A stretch of 64,000 nt of DNA from Octopus vulgaris (Eukaryota), in the NCBI GenBank assembly GCA_951406725.2, contig OX597821.1, positions 62,000,001-62,064,000 of the forward strand, given 5' to 3'. Shown in pieces: positions 1 through 14,636 of this stretch; the first letter of the stretch is position 1, and the number at the start of each line of letters is the position of its first letter. Below the pieces are notes generated by a model that did not search any database, had not been told where the DNA came from, and worked only from the letters and a program-made list of their open reading frames with translations. The position numbers and the translations under genes are program-made.

Positions 1-79
1 GGTACCGCGCGGTGAGACTGAACCCAGAACCATGTGGTTGGTAAGCAAGCTAATTACCAGACAGCCACTCATGCGCCTA
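1..79 (-). mobile_element. tRNA-derived SINE family A, 5' head (partial, runs off window start)
   Basis: Reverse complement matches the head AGGCGCAGGAGTGGCTGTGTGGTAAGTAGCTTGCTTACCAACCACATGGTTCCGGGTTCAGTCCCAC seen in full copies at 8950 and 20274. Confidence 0.8.
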
Positions 80-87
80 TGTGTATG

Positions 88-151
<64 letters not shown>

Positions 152-215
152 TATATACATATACATACAGATATATACATATTTATATATGCATGCATGC
201 ACATATATGCACTCT
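80..215. repeat. (TA)n/(TACA)n microsatellite
   Basis: Direct inspection; explains the YI-repeat ORFs. Confidence 0.95.
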
Positions 216-616
216 CACAAATGTAAAATTTATTTCATATCTACTGTAGCCAAGGCTTATGTGTATTGTGCATATGGAGATGCGTACCTGCATTTATTTA
301 AATGTATGTGTGCATGTGTGTAAATATGTGAGTATGTATGTATGCATGTATGTATATATGCAACAATCCATATATACATCCATGCATTCATGCACGTTCA
401 GGTAGCTTCTCACTGAGCAAGATAAGGAAAAATATGTTTCTATACAATGAATCTACTATGACAACGATCCTCACATCCTGATGAGATCGGCGGATTTCCG
501 CATAGGGTTTATCATGTTGTAATCATATCAAGCTGATTGCTGTAACAGATACTCGTTCAATTGATACGCACCACCGCATTTACTACGGAATGGATCTACT
601 TCATATCCAACAGGCG

Positions 617-1494
617 TATTCCGTGTGTTTGGGCTGAATTTGACGATTTTTTTAATGACTGCTTTTTGCTTTTCGAGAAATGCGTCATGTATTAGTGAAC
701 ATTCAACAGCACTGGAAATGTAAAGATTTAATTTGTATCTGGGAAAAATTTACCTGATGTGGAAAAGTCGAAATCATGTGAACATTGAAAAATACGATTC
801 ATGCTGGGGACATTAATGTGGACATTAAGACGACATATGTATGATATTGCGAACACTGTATGATATTTAAGATATGACATGGACATTTGCAAAGGAGTCT
901 ACAAAACCGCAGCCAGCAGGAATTGAAGCGTTCTGACTACGTCCACACGCCTGAATTCTTCCAGCAACTGATGAACACGGCCCTAGGTTCAATTCAGTTG
1001 ATTATGTGAGGCTGCTGGGGACTGTGATCAAACTGTAGCTGGAGTGGGTTACTGCTGGAAAGCCATATGTGTGGCTGCATGTTTCGGCTGCTTGTCATGC
1101 ATCCAGAAAGTGCCAGAAGTGTTTGATGGAGAAATTCTACAACTTCACCAGCCTCTATTTCTGTCCTTCTGTTTTCTCCAATTTTTCATCCCAAGGATTA
1201 CTGTGTGGTGGACGGCTGAGAAAAATAACAAACGCTCTTCCCGAAAAACCAAAGTCGAGCTGCTGACTGAGATCAAGGAGATGTTCGAAGATTTTCCCAT
1301 GGATACAGTGAAGAATGCACGCTTCCGGTTCCGTCTCGAAGCTGTTGTTGAGGCCGGCTGCCCTGAAAAAAACTGTTACAAACCGACAATAATGTATTTG
1401 ATATGTTTTGATTTTTTAAAATACTATTATTTTTCGGAGGGTTATTGTGTTTTCTTTCTTTTTTTCTGTCTAAATTTAGTCCAAGCCCTCTGTA
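617..1494 (+). mobile_element. Degenerate Tc1/mariner-superfamily DNA transposon with degraded TIRs
   Basis: C-terminal transposase-like peptide KEMFEDFPMDTVKNARFRFRLEAVVEAG (ORF 1044-1517). Left end TTGGGCTGAATTTGACG resembles the reverse complement of right end TGTCTAAATTTAGTCCAA..TGTA; ends on TA. Confidence 0.65.
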
Positions 1495-1902
1495 TGCATT
1501 GGAAAAATGATGTGTAATTTATTTTCTGCGTTTATATACACTTGTTGAGGCATGTAAAACCGTTTCGATAACGTACCTTAACTACTCATGGAAATTAGTA
1601 GAAACTATTGCATTTTTCCGGGCGATTTCATTTCACTTTCAATGGACATTTTAAAGTTGTACAAACTTAAGCTCCTGTTAAGGTTCTCTAACTTCCATTT
1701 ATTAACCATAAAAAAGAAATACCGTATTTGTAAAGCTTTGTTTTCAGTAAATTGACCTAAGGGATTAATCGTTCTGAAATGTGTAGAAAAAAGAACTCTA
1801 GCAACTCACGTATGAAGATACAGCCACATATGTTTACATAACTTGTATATTTCACATGTTTAACAACAATAGAAAGGAAAAGGGGTATTATAAACGTATA
1901 TT

Positions 1903-2280
1903 AAGGCGGCGAGCTGGCAGAAACTTAGCGGTATTCCGCTGATGTCGACTTTGCCTTTTATCCTTTCAGGGTCGATAAATTAAGTACCAGTTACGCACTG
2001 GGGTCGATGTAATCGACTTAATCCCCTTGTTTGTCCTTGTTTCTCCCCTCTATGTTTAGCACCTTGTGGGCAATAAAGAAATAGGAAACGTTAGCACACC
2101 GGGCGAAATGCTTACGGGTATTTCGTCTGTCTTCCGTCTTTATGTTCTGAGTTCAAATTCTGCCGAGGTCGACTTGGCATTTCATACTTTCGGGATCGAT
2201 AAATTAAATACCATTTGCATATATGGGTTGATCTTATCCACTGCAGCGCCCCTTCGGGCCTTATGCCTGGAGTAGAAAAG
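1903..2280 (+). mobile_element. SINE family B, two adjacent partial copies
   Basis: AAGGCGGCGAGCTGGCAG head; central GGTCGACTTTGCCTTTCATCCTTTCGGGGTCGATAAATTAAGTACC; tail GTGGGCAATAAAGAAATA; same family as 23853. Confidence 0.85.
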
Positions 2281-3030
2281 ATTATAAACGTATATCTTAT
2301 ATTGGTGAGTAGATCAAAGAATGCAAAATAGAATAAGGCAGATAATATTCATACTCGTGTCTATTAGTTACTGTGCCACGATTGTACCTAAGAAGTAAAC
2401 TATTTGTGTTATATTTATTGTTGAATGAAGCAGATGACACAATATCAAGTCGAAAATTCGGAAGTCATTGAAGAGGAGGTGGTCTTGGATGAATGTCAGG
2501 AGACAGAGACAGAAGTACAATTACGACAACAAAGTAAAATCTCGGTGAGTTTTTTCATATTTTTTATGAGCAAATGCATAAGCGACAGTAGGGAACAGTA
2601 CTTATGTTTCAGAAGCCGGGTTTATTTTCGAATGATCCAGCGTGCTTTTAAGGCATGTTCGACAGGCTTTCACAGTGTAGCGGATATAAACGAGAATTGG
2701 AGAAAGTATGAAGGGAAGATTAAACGAGGAATAGCATGCAAGGAGTACATGAAGTTGGACAACGTAGAATTGATATTCGGTCACCGATGATTTACTTCTA
2801 GTGTCAGATTCGGCATTACAAGGCTGTCATAGATCTCTTGTAGAATGAGCAGTAATTGTCATGGCGTATCTATAGTGAGAATGTATCTTTAAATACAAAG
2901 TGACAGACACTGTAGAGCGATACACAAATCTAAAGAAGATGAAAGAAACATGATAACAATGACATCAGTTTATGATACCAATGGAAATATTGCTGATTAT
3001 GAAAATGTGTTTGCTTCACTCACCACCGTT

Positions 3031-3560
<530 letters not shown>

Positions 3561-3784
3561 GGTACAAACACACGCGCACACTTACCCAGGTATTCTCTGA
3601 CAGTAGGGATTCTATGTAATTCAGCTGACGTCGCCAAAGTTAAATTACACGATACACTGAACAAGCTATGCAGTTTATCTCCATTGGATTTATAGATGGA
3701 CGTCGATCGGGTAAGTGTGTACTAAATGAAACATATATATTCAAGCAAACACCTGCATGCACAAACACACACACATACACACAT

Positions 3785-3816
<32 letters not shown>

Positions 3817-4074
3817 TCTCTGTCACACACACACACATGCAACTACACACACATATACATTCACATACACAGAGTTGTATCAGTTCGTTCTAGTGGACTG
3901 TAATTCTTGAGATTCCACCGTGAACAGTTTCCTCTTAAAGCATTTCAAAAACACTAAAGAGACTTGCTCCATAATCATTGTGATGGCAGATTTAGCATGG
4001 TATAAAAACACATGTATAAGTAGAGCAAATTTAATAATAACAATAATGATAATAATCCTTAATAGTATAGTCAC

Positions 4075-4620
4075 AAGGCCTAGAATTTTGAAGTAGGGCC
4101 TAGTCAAGTACATCGAATTCAGCCCTCGTCTGGTATATATTTCATTGGCCCCGAAAAGATGATAGGCAAAGTTGAACTCGGTGGTATACGAATTCACAAC
4201 TTAAAGGCGGACGAAAATCGGTAATCATTTTGTCCGGCGTGCAAATGATTGTGCTGCTAACTCACCGTCTTTGCTATAATAGTAATAGTATTCCTTTCTG
4301 CTTTAGGCACAAAGCCATAAATTTGTGGGTAGGGGACTGGTCGATTACGTTGACCCCAGTAATAATAATAATGATGATGATGATGATGAGGAGGAGGAGG
4401 AGGATAATAATAATAATAATTTCAGATTTTGCCACTAGCACAACAATGTTGGTGGGGAGGAAATGCGTCGATTGCAGCAATCCTGGTGTTCAACTTGTAC
4501 TTATTTTATCGACCCCGAAAGGATGAAAAGCAACGTCCTCCTCGGCAGAATTTGGGCTCAGATCGTAGCGACGGACGAAATATCGCTAAGCATTTTTTCC
4601 AACGTGCTAACGATTCTGCC
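4075..4620 (-). mobile_element. SINE family B, two or more diverged copies in reverse orientation with an internal trinucleotide repeat
   Basis: GTACTTATTTTATCGACCCCGAAAGGATGAAAAGCAACGTC is the reverse complement of the family B core; GACGAAATATCGCTAAGCATT. Confidence 0.75.
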
Positions 4621-4744
4621 AGGGAAATTACTCGTGATATTAATGGATATGTGAAAACAAAACAGTCGTTTTTCTCTTTCAAACTTCTGAAATGTCAGTG
4701 GCCAATTATTACGTACCTTGTAAAATCAACTCCGTCGGCGGCGT

Positions 4745-5030
4745 CGTCATCATCAACGGTATGCTCACTATCATCATCAGCAGCAGCAACAGCAGCAGCA
4801 ACAGAGTGTGCAGCAGAGATACAGGCAGTGGTAACAATACTGAGGGTGTAATTGGTTGTGGTTGCCGTTGTGGAGTTAGTAGTAGTAGTAGTAGTAGCAG
4901 TGGTAGCAGAAGCAAAAGTAGTAGTAGTTGTAGCAACAGTAGTAGTAGCAGTAGAAGTAGAAGCAGCAGCAAAAATAGTAGTAGCAGTAGTAGTAGTAGA
5001 AGTTGTAGCAGCAGCAGCAGTAGTAGTTAT
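4745..5030. repeat. (GCA)n/(GTA)n trinucleotide low-complexity tract
   Basis: Direct inspection; source of poly-S/poly-V/poly-L ORFs. Confidence 0.9.
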
Positions 5031-6546
5031 GTAGACGGAGAAACATTTCTAAATTAATTATAACAGCGGTTCTTTCTGCTAAAGCTCGTACTAAAAACTA
5101 GCTGTCATTTAAGTTTAAAATGTTAAACTTGATAAATATTTCACGCGTTTCAGATATTGTGAAGACTGTGTTAATTCTTCTTTAATGTTTCTTAACTTTT
5201 CAATAAAGCATTTCATGTTAGCTTAAATTTGTTTTATGTTGTGATAAATTACTCTACTCTTCTCATAATCAGCAAACTCAGGAAACATTTCTCAAATACG
5301 TGCGGATATGCTGTATTTTTTAGTTGTTTTTAATGCAATAAAGCAGTAAATACAGAGATAATTATACATTCAACGGAACATTAACCATGTAGGTTATAGC
5401 TTTTGTTGATTTTGTCGCGGTCTGCCATACATTTATATTAGCATTCATTTGCGGGTAAACTGTATCGCTTTCTTACGTACCTTCTCTTATAACGTGGAAT
5501 TCACAATGACTTAAATTGTCCTGTTTAACATTTTTCAGTATGAAAAAAAAACTCTTCATATCCTCGTGAATTTTAAACAAATTATTATAATTGTTGCAGT
5601 TGCTGTTACATTAGCACAACAAAATCCGTTCGTAACACATCTTTCTCGAACCTAGGTTTCAAAAAGCCGATTATTTGGTTCCCATGGCTCTTAAGTTACC
5701 AAAATCAGAACAGGCATTCCTCCTCCTGAACGGGAAGCTAGTTTGTTTCAGGCTTAAAATCAAGCACTTGTTGAATGGTATAGACAAGCGAATTACATCA
5801 GTTATTTGACTTGACTGGGATTTTATTTTATTGACCCAGAAATGATGTAAGGCAAACTTGGGCGCGGCAGGATTTGAAATCAGAAAGTAATGAGTCAAAA
5901 GAAATTCCGCTAAGCATCAGTTACTAATGAGGAGAAGGAAGTTATTTCTATTCCCTCAATTTTAAGTGGTTACTCATTCCCGACCGCTCCTCCCCCTTTT
6001 ATAAATGCAACCCAAATTTGGAAACCCTTCTACATTTGCAAAAACGTTGCCTTTTCGTTAGGAATCCGAAAGATTCCTTCCCACACTTTTAGCAAATACC
6101 TACCACCTTAAGTAATTCACCATCGTTAAACATTTTAAACTTTGTAGTTAATTTCTCGTGTTTTCTTTAGAATTGTTCCACCTCTTTTAGTTAGGACATA
6201 TTAACGACCCATATAATAATTGTTGATTGATTTTCCTAAAATGAAATCATCCACCCATTACAGATGCCGTGATTTTCAATGATAGAATTGCTAAAAAAAA
6301 TTAGAATAATCATTTTATAGATTTTTTAAAACATATAAATCAGAAATTCTCTATATTTATTCACCTATATAATTACCAATACCATCAGCTTCGTTAACTT
6401 GTATCTCCAATAATTCTTCTTCTTCTTCTTTACTCCTCTCTTTTTCTTTTTCTTCGTGTTTCTGTTCCTGTTGTTGGTTTTCTTTCTTTTTTCTTCTCGA
6501 TGTTGTTTTTCTTTCGTTGTTGTTGCTGCTATTAGATAAGGGAAAT

Positions 6547-6626
6547 GAGTCACAACTTTGCATAGTTCTATAAGTTAATGCTTTCTGAGTCACAACTTTG
6601 CATAGTTTCTATAAGTTAATGTTTTC
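6547..6626. repeat. ~40-bp tandem duplication
   Basis: GAGTCACAACTTTGCATAGTT(T)CTATAAGTTAATG repeated twice. Confidence 0.9.
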
Positions 6627-6935
6627 GAAAAGTAAATTTTCGTGGTAGAGTATTCTTTGTTTTGATCTAACCAATTATTATACGGGTTCCTATACTAGTA
6701 ACATTTTCGTATTTCAATATTCAAACTTTGTTATTTGAAAATATTTACACCATGATATGAGATTTTATGAAGTAGTTTCGGCGTTGTTTGTGTTCGAAAT
6801 GAATCTTTCCAACTCAGCACAATTACTAAGAAACGACAATAAAATGCTCCGCACCTCCTTCATACGAATAGTCTATTACCATCGTTATCCAAGATAAATA
6901 AAGGAAGGTAGACGAAAAGGAGAAATTTACAAGAG

Positions 6936-7320
6936 CTATGGCGTTTGGTTATTGGTAGACGTTGGTATAGACATAATATATTTGAGAAGAAGAAAAGGAA
7001 GGTGTAGTGATATCGGAATTAAAGCGTGGAGAAAACATAAAATCGTCCGGAAATTTGTAATATCTGGCAGTATTTGGAAGGCAAAATCTATGGCATTTGG
7101 TTAGTGTTAGACATTGGTATAAACTAAATATATGTGAGAAGAAGAAGAGGAAAGAGTGATATGGGAATGAAAGCGTGGAGAAAGCATAAGTTCAACCGCG
7201 AAATATACCATACTTGACAGTGTTGGAAGGAAGAACTCTGACGTTTGGTTGGTGTTTAACGTCGGTAGAGAAAAAAATATATATGAGAAGAAAAAAGAGA
7301 AAGGAATGCTATGGGAATAC
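6936..7320. repeat. Diverged ~150-bp tandem repeat, about three units
   Basis: Units begin CTATGGCGTTTGGTTA (6936), CTATGGCATTTGGTTA (7089), GACGTTTGGTTGG (7240), each followed by ATATAT.TGAGAAGAA..GGAA..GATATGGGAAT-like sequence. Confidence 0.75.
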
Positions 7321-7976
7321 ATGCATGAAGAAACAAAATCAGCCAGAACAGTGGAGCAGACGTAATACAGGCGGCATAAGCCATAGCTGTGAGACTGTAC
7401 GTCTAGAGATCACGAGTTAGCCTTTATGGATGTACTTTTGGGTATCTGTTTATATAGAATCTGAAGCCTCCTAGCTGTGAGTGTTTTACTTGAGCTTTCT
7501 ATAAGCTGTCGTTGTATGATGTACCATGTTTTTTTTTGTATATATTTGAAGAAGAAAGTAAATGTTTCTGGTGAATTCTTTGAATGTTGTTAGGTATGAA
7601 GTTCAAGGATGAAATGATCACTGATATTAGGCATTTGCAGCAAATTTGGGGAGTCTATCTGCATGTTGTTCGAATTTAAAGATCGAGTGTATTTGGATGC
7701 ATTTTCTAGATATTTATAGTTATTGTGTTTTTGCTGTTATAGGAAACAATAATGGTATAATCTTATTTTCTAATTCACTCGAGGTCTCGAGTTCTGTAAT
7801 GAGAGCAAATCTGACGATTGGAAAATTTTGGATATAACAATGTATAGTTTGTTCATAGGAAAGTGGATGTTTATGTGGAAACATGGGAATACTCGATTTC
7901 ATAGAATGGATTTCAGAGAAAAATAGACAGATTAACAGATAGATAAATAGATAGATAGATAGACAGATGGAGATAG

Positions 7977-8017
<41 letters not shown>

Positions 8018-8949
8018 CCGTCATCGAGTGTATAACGGTGTGATCTGAAGGACAATCTCCCAACCTAAAAGGGAACCATAAACAAACGTAAGTAAATTAG
8101 TAAAGGTATTCGCCTGCTAGTAAGAATTATATACTCTGATGTCAAGTGCAAGGGAAGTATTTAGCTCAAATTATCAAGAACGTAAAGAATCCATTAAGTG
8201 ACAAAAGAAAACCTTGAGCTACGCGAAAATCATATTGCTGAACATTTGGTCTCGAGAGAATTGAAGCTGTTTAACTGCTCTGTCCATTCTGTCTGAGGTG
8301 GGGTGAGTGGTGCCAAATATCAATTTGTTTTGGTAACAGGTTGTAATATTCTCAATGGAAAGCTAAAGCCTATAGAACCTCGAAGCAGAGAAATATGAAC
8401 AATGAAGTGCAAACAGAATATATCACCAAACGTCGACTCAGTAAGATTATTTTTATCGCGATTGCAGGATATTAGTGTCTTCTGCGTTGCATTATCTGTT
8501 ATACACTCTCTACCGTACAACTGAATAAATAACTAGAAAATGATAAATGGAAATTCATACAAATAGCTACGACATGTGAAATTATAAAGCTTACTTTCTG
8601 CCTTGAAGGAAATCAAGAAATAGAGGAAGAATGGTTTAACAGTTAGTTTTAACTTTAACGTATTAGGAAGGAGGAAGGAATAACAAAAGTAAATCCTTTC
8701 TAGTATAGCCTCAAGGCCTGAAATTCTATGAGAGGCAGCAATTCGATTACATCGGCTTCTGTGCTTAACCAGTACTGAATTTATCATGTGCGGAAAGATC
8801 AGTGGCAAAGTTTACTTCGGTGGAATATGAACTTAAAATATAAAACGGACATATGACATTAAATGAGTGGTTGGGGTTATGACTCTTAGAGACACAAAGA
8901 GTAAATGAAAAGGAAATTATAAGAATTTTAAATATTATATTTTAAATAT

Positions 8950-9367
8950 AGGCGCAGGAGTAGCTCTTTTGTTAGTAGCTTGCTTACCAGCCACATGACT
9001 CCGGGTTCATTCCCACTGCGTGGCACCTTGAGCAAGTGTCTTCTGCTATAGCCTTGGGCCGACCAAAGACTTGTGAGTGGATTTGGTAGACGGAAACTGA
9101 AAGAAGCCCGTCGTATATATGTATACATATATATGTATATGGGTGCATATGTCTGTATGTCTGTGTTTGTCATCCCCCTCCAACATCGCTTGAAAACTTA
9201 TGGTGGTGTGTTTAAGTCCCCGTAACTTAGCGGTTCGGCAAAAGAGTCCGATAATAGATAATATAAGTACTAGGCTTACAAAGAATAAGTCCTGGGTTCA
9301 ATTTGCTCGACTAAAGGCGGTGCTCCAGCATGGCCGCAGACAAATGACTGAAACAAGTAAAAGAGAG
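8950..9367 (+). mobile_element. tRNA-derived SINE family A, full-length copy
   Basis: tRNA-like head with B-box-like GGTTCATTCCC, internal (TA/TG) tract, tail ATGACTGAAACAAGTAAAAGAG; multiple copies in window. Confidence 0.9.
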
Positions 9368-11015
9368 AAAAAAAATTATAAGCATAATATCTCTAGGGAA
9401 ATCGCGATTTAACAAAATGACGTGATAGACAACACTTGTTAAACAATCGCCTAAGAAATCATTACACACTGATAACATAAATTATAGATATATAAAGCCC
9501 TGAGAAATGTGATACATATAAAGGAAGTTCATCTTTGCTCACAAAACCAGAAACTGACTAATAATTAATCAAAATAATAATCTATAAGTAATATCTATTA
9601 AAAAAATCAGGAACCTAATAAAATAAATTAAAACAAACTCTAAAATACAGAATATTATTGTATACATAAGTAAATCGAGAAAAACAGCGCACAGGGTCTT
9701 TCTACATTGACACTGAATGAGTATGAAGGACGTGGGGAGGCTATTTTAAGACTTTACACCTTGTGCAAATACATGCCAAAAAGTAGAACTGCAAGGGTCA
9801 CCTAGGCTCCTGGTGCTTCTTTTATAGTCTTTCGTGAATTAATGCAAAGGGCTTCAGCGCAGTTTCCACGTAACAAATTTCAATCAGAAATATTTTGTTG
9901 AGCCAAAGCGAAGGAAAAACTTTAGCTGTTCATGATATTCCGCACTGAGAAGGAAACTCATGTTTACGAAATAAGCTTTTTCACAATGCGGCTATACATG
10001 CGCGTGATAATTCCAAAGAAACAATCAATCAATTTGTTTCTAGATATTCGTATTAAAACAAATGAATTTTCTGTTTTACAATACGGGATATACATAAATT
10101 GGATATTTCGTGCACAGAAAACAATGCCAGGTTTATAGAGTATCAGCAGTTGATACAAATTCAAACCACAAAAGGATAGTGAGGACCGGTAAAAATCAAA
10201 TCACAGAATTATAATAGCTGCATTGGGAACGATTAAAAACGATTCAGACAAAAACTCCATCACATAGGATTTCGACTATTTATTTCTCTTTATAGAAAAA
10301 ACAGAGAAATCTATCACAGCTAAATACTGTGTTCATATATGTCGACGACTACTTTTAAAATAACGGAAAGGAAACTTAAATACACACACACACACACATA
10401 ACGGCCCATTGCAATAGTCTCATGAGCATACAGTGGCGCTCGGTTTTGTAAAGAAAAAAATACTCATAGTCAATAACACTACAGAAATAATAATCATGGG
10501 GATGACGATGATGACGATGATGATGATGATGGTGGTGGTGGCTGTGGCAGTGGAAGTGATGATGATGGTGGTCGTTTCTTAGGCCCATAGATCTCAAAAT
10601 TTGCCTTGTATTTTATTTGAATGTGCCAGAAAAAAATGAAATGCAACTCTCACGGACTTGAAGATATCTATTTGTAGTACGTACTGGTAGCAATTTGGAG
10701 AGGATAGGGTATCGTCGATATTGCTGTTTCCAGTACTAGGAAGGATTAAAAGGCAAGTCTACCATAAGCAGGTTGTAAAGAAAGGAACAGAAGTGGGCTG
10801 ACGAAAACCGCAACGCATTTTCTGTGACTAACTTATGATTTAAAATATGACTTAAATTGGGTCATTTCAGAAGCCAAGCTGCTTGCCTAAAGTTCATAGG
10901 ACAATAGATTTATGATCAACATCCAAAAAATTAGAATGATCGACGTCTCATAGATGCCTGCATCAATTATTCCGCCTTTGATAGGAGTATCAATGTGAGT
11001 GCTGTTTCTGAAATA

Positions 11016-11862
11016 TACGAGGTGGTATCAAGCAGGTTTCGGACTAGTTCTGTTGCGAGCCAATACATGGCAGCACGCGCATTGAGAACAAGCCCTGACC
11101 TTCATGAGGTAGTGTGCCGAGTGAAATCCACGTGTTTACTTCGTAAGTTGTGAGATCTGGGATTTTGCGATCGCGTGCATGTCTTAGACTGCAATTTTGT
11201 CGTGGACAGGAACAGAGAGCCAACGTGAAACAGCAATATACTGCCACAGAGACATTGAGCCTACTTCAGCAAACATACGGCTACGAAGCAATGGATCGTA
11301 CGCAATGTTTTGAATGGCATTTCGAGTGACGCAAGCGCTTCAGAGGCGGAAGAACATCACTGGAGGACAATGATTGACCTGGAAGAATCTGCTACGAGTG
11401 TTCGTCCTGGCAATGTTGCATTGTGCATCACGAATTTCCCCACCACCACCAACACTACCACCACCACCACCACTAGGTTTACACCGTAATTGAGATTTCT
11501 ACAGCAACGTTTTGAAACGTTTCAAGAGGGACATTCGGTGAAAGCGACGAGATCTTTGGAACGCGGACTTGGATTCTTCACGACGACGATGCTCTCTATC
11601 ACTGAGCTGTCTTCACTCATGAGTTTCTCACCAAAACCATGGTATCGCTTCTGAAGTCGCCCTTTTCGCCTGCGGAATTCCATCTCTTCACCAAAATGAA
11701 TCTGCAACTCAAAGGTCGCTGTTTTAACACCATTGTTGAGACCCAGTGCGAATCACAGAAGATTCGAGACTCACTTACGGATAGCGACTTCCAGATCGAA
11801 TTTCAAAAGTGGCAGGAACGCTGGGACCGGTGTATTGCTGCGTAGAGTGGCTATTTCGAAGG
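11016..11862 (+). mobile_element. Mariner transposase pseudogene, internally deleted
   Basis: Starts TACGAGG (mariner TIR-like). Peptides EQRANVK, ATETLSLLQQTYG, QCFEWH, RFRGGRTSLED and C-terminal FHLFTKMNLQLKGRCF..FQKWQERWDRCIAA.SGYFEG match mariner transposases. Confidence 0.85.
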
Positions 11863-13009
11863 CTATTTAGAATCAACTAGCCCGAAGAGATTTCGCTCAG
11901 GAACTCTGGAAAATTATCAGAAATATATGACCGGGCAGATGGCGTCTAGAGAGGCCTGTAAATTCAATGTGAGTGAACTAGTTGTCCCCTCGCAATACTT
12001 GACAAGTACTTTATTTTATCGACTCGAGGAGAATGAAATCCGAAGTTGATCTCTGTTGAATCAAAAGTCAGAAACGACAGATCAAATAATGCAAGACATA
12101 TTTCCGAGGATTTATCGATTACGTCTGGTTAAAATGTATAACAGCGATTGATGGCGTCAGCCTGAATTCATGTAACTTAGACGAGTGTAATAGTGGAACA
12201 CAATGATAAACAGTGTGTGTTAACTTGTAATGACTGTAAGCATAAACCAAAATCAGCGTATCTGAAAAGAGGTGAAAGAGGAATATTTTTATTTCACATC
12301 ACACATTTTCTAATCTATAAAAGCTAAAGTAATTCAACGGAATACCAGTGTAAGCGGCCCAACCCTGCAATCGATATTTCCTTATAAGCAAAAACTCCGT
12401 TACATGTTAGCATTCTTTAGGGCACGCATTGCCAAAGTGAATATAAACAGTAATTGTTAAATGATGCGCAGAAATTTTAAAGCTGAATATCGTTATTTTA
12501 CAGCTGAATATCGTATTATATTGTTACGTAGAAATTAATCATAATCTGTTTCATAAACCCACATTGTATCGTTTCACCATAAATTAGATAAATAGCAGCA
12601 AACTGAATACATATCAAATAATTTCAATTGAAAATGTTGACTAATAAGTGGGGCTACGAAAATCAACGAAGGTTCTAGATACATTTTTTCAGTATGTAAG
12701 ATTATAAAAGGTTACAGTTTCCTTTCTTTAGATATCTATGTTTAAAACCAAGTCATGGAATTCAATTAGTTACATAGAATTCCTCAATTTTCTATTACAA
12801 ACTTAATCCATTCAGAGACAATTTTAAAAATTTTACTTAGAGAAAAGCAAATTATGTTTTAGCAAATTATATTTCGATAATATGATTTTGCGCTTACGTA
12901 AGTTAAATGATTGAAAATAGGGGTTAGGTATACGCTCTAAAATATTATATTTGTATATATTTTATTAAGTTGTGAAGTTGGAAACCCAACACGTTATCAC
13001 ATAAATATA

Positions 13010-13095
13010 TCTATATATACACGCACACTCATATACGTGCATATATATATATGTAGATACATATACAAGTTTATATATATATACATATACGTATA

Positions 13096-13161
<66 letters not shown>

Positions 13162-13168
13162 CATATAT

Positions 13169-13214
<46 letters not shown>

Positions 13215-13295
13215 GTATATACATACATACCTATATATATATATATATGTTTATATATATACATACATACCTATATATATATATACACACACATC
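13010..13295. repeat. (TA)n compound microsatellite
   Basis: Direct inspection. Confidence 0.95.
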
Positions 13296-13624
13296 CAGAG
13301 AGAAATAGGCTCACACACACATATGCATGTAATCTCATTCCAACGCGTTGTGTTTTCCTAGTTTTCCGAATTAATATAATATTTAGAAACATAGCAGGAA
13401 AAAATTGTAAATTGAACCGCTATTTTTAACATTTTTATGTTATGAAAAGGTGAAGTCATGTTATGCAAATTGCTAAAATATAATCTGCTTACCTTCCAGT
13501 AAAATTTGAAAGTTTGCCTCCATAAGGAATGGGAAACTTGCAGAAAATCAAATCATTCCATTTGACCAATTGAATTTCACAAATTGCTTTTAAACATAGC
13601 CCTCTGATAATGGGAAGCTATATC

Positions 13625-13655
<31 letters not shown>

Positions 13656-13865
13656 TGTATGTATGTATGTATGTATGTATGTATGCATGCATGCATGCAT
13701 GTATGTACGTATGTATGTATGTAAGTATGTATGAATGTACGTATGTACGTACATAAGTATACATGTTTGTACATATATATGTATACATGAGTGTATGTAT
13801 ACATGTATATATGTACACAGGTATATAGAATGTGTGTGAGTGTATGTGTGTGTGTGTGTTTGTGC
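13625..13865. repeat. (TATG)n/(TG)n microsatellite
   Basis: Direct inspection. Confidence 0.95.
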
Positions 13866-14324
13866 ATTTTATCTTCTATTTTTCTTTATTTGAAGTGCCC
13901 CAGTAAGAACGGAGCTAGTTTCTAACAAAGGTACAAAGCTCAATCGTTGCTACACGCATAGCAAAAACAAATTCACATTATGAACCTGAGGAAATTCGTG
14001 CATAGATGTACTTTGCAATCAATCCATTCTCTCACATGTTTTCTTCAGGTCTTTTTTTAAAGCAGCGCAGCTTCCTCTTTTCTATTCTCCTTCTTACCAA
14101 CGATTACGTCCTTAGAATATAAAGGGGCCATGAAAGAATTGATTCAACCAGCTTGTGTACACTTTGTAGATAATTTTAAGGCAGACTGTAGGCCTATATT
14201 TGTTTAAAAAGTAGACACAAAAAAACTCCAGTTGTTTCTTTCTGAGCCTCACGGTTCGATTTTGATACAACAAACCAATACGTAACGTTTACCTAACTTT
14301 TCATAGTTTTTGAAACTCATGTAT

Positions 14325-14636
14325 ACTCTACTCTTTTTTACTCTGTTACTTGTTTCCTAGTACTTATTCTATCGTTCTCTTTTGTCGAACTGCTAAGTTA
14401 CGGGGACGTAAACACACCATCATTGGTTGTGAAGCAATCTTGGGGGGCACAGACACACAAACATACACGCACACACATAAACATATACATATACACGACG
14501 GGCTTCTTTCAGTTTCCGTCTACCAAATCCACTGACAAAGCTTTGATCGGCCAGAGGCTATAGTTTAAGACACTTGCCCAATTTGCCACGCGGTGGGATT
14601 GAACCCGGAACCATGTGGTTCCTAAGCAAACTACTT
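14325..14636 (-). mobile_element. SINE family A (body), interrupted by an insertion; head resumes at 16479-16518
   Basis: Sequence ..CCATGTGGTTCCTAAGCAAACTACTT continues after the insert as TAAGCAAGCTACTTACCACACAGCC..GCCTATA. Confidence 0.85.

Noticed and set aside
32-323. Many ORFs with YIYI, LSIY, HTHT, CVCV, poly-S or poly-L content throughout the window
   Set aside because: They are translations of microsatellites that lack stop codons, not genes
2425-2790. 121-aa ORF with an acidic N-terminus and a GTGAGT donor-like site at 2545
   Set aside because: No recognisable domain and no convincing acceptor or partner exon; may be decayed transposon sequence
8950-9030. tRNA-like sequences at SINE heads
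   Set aside because: No complete cloverleaf; they are parts of SINEs rather than tRNA genes
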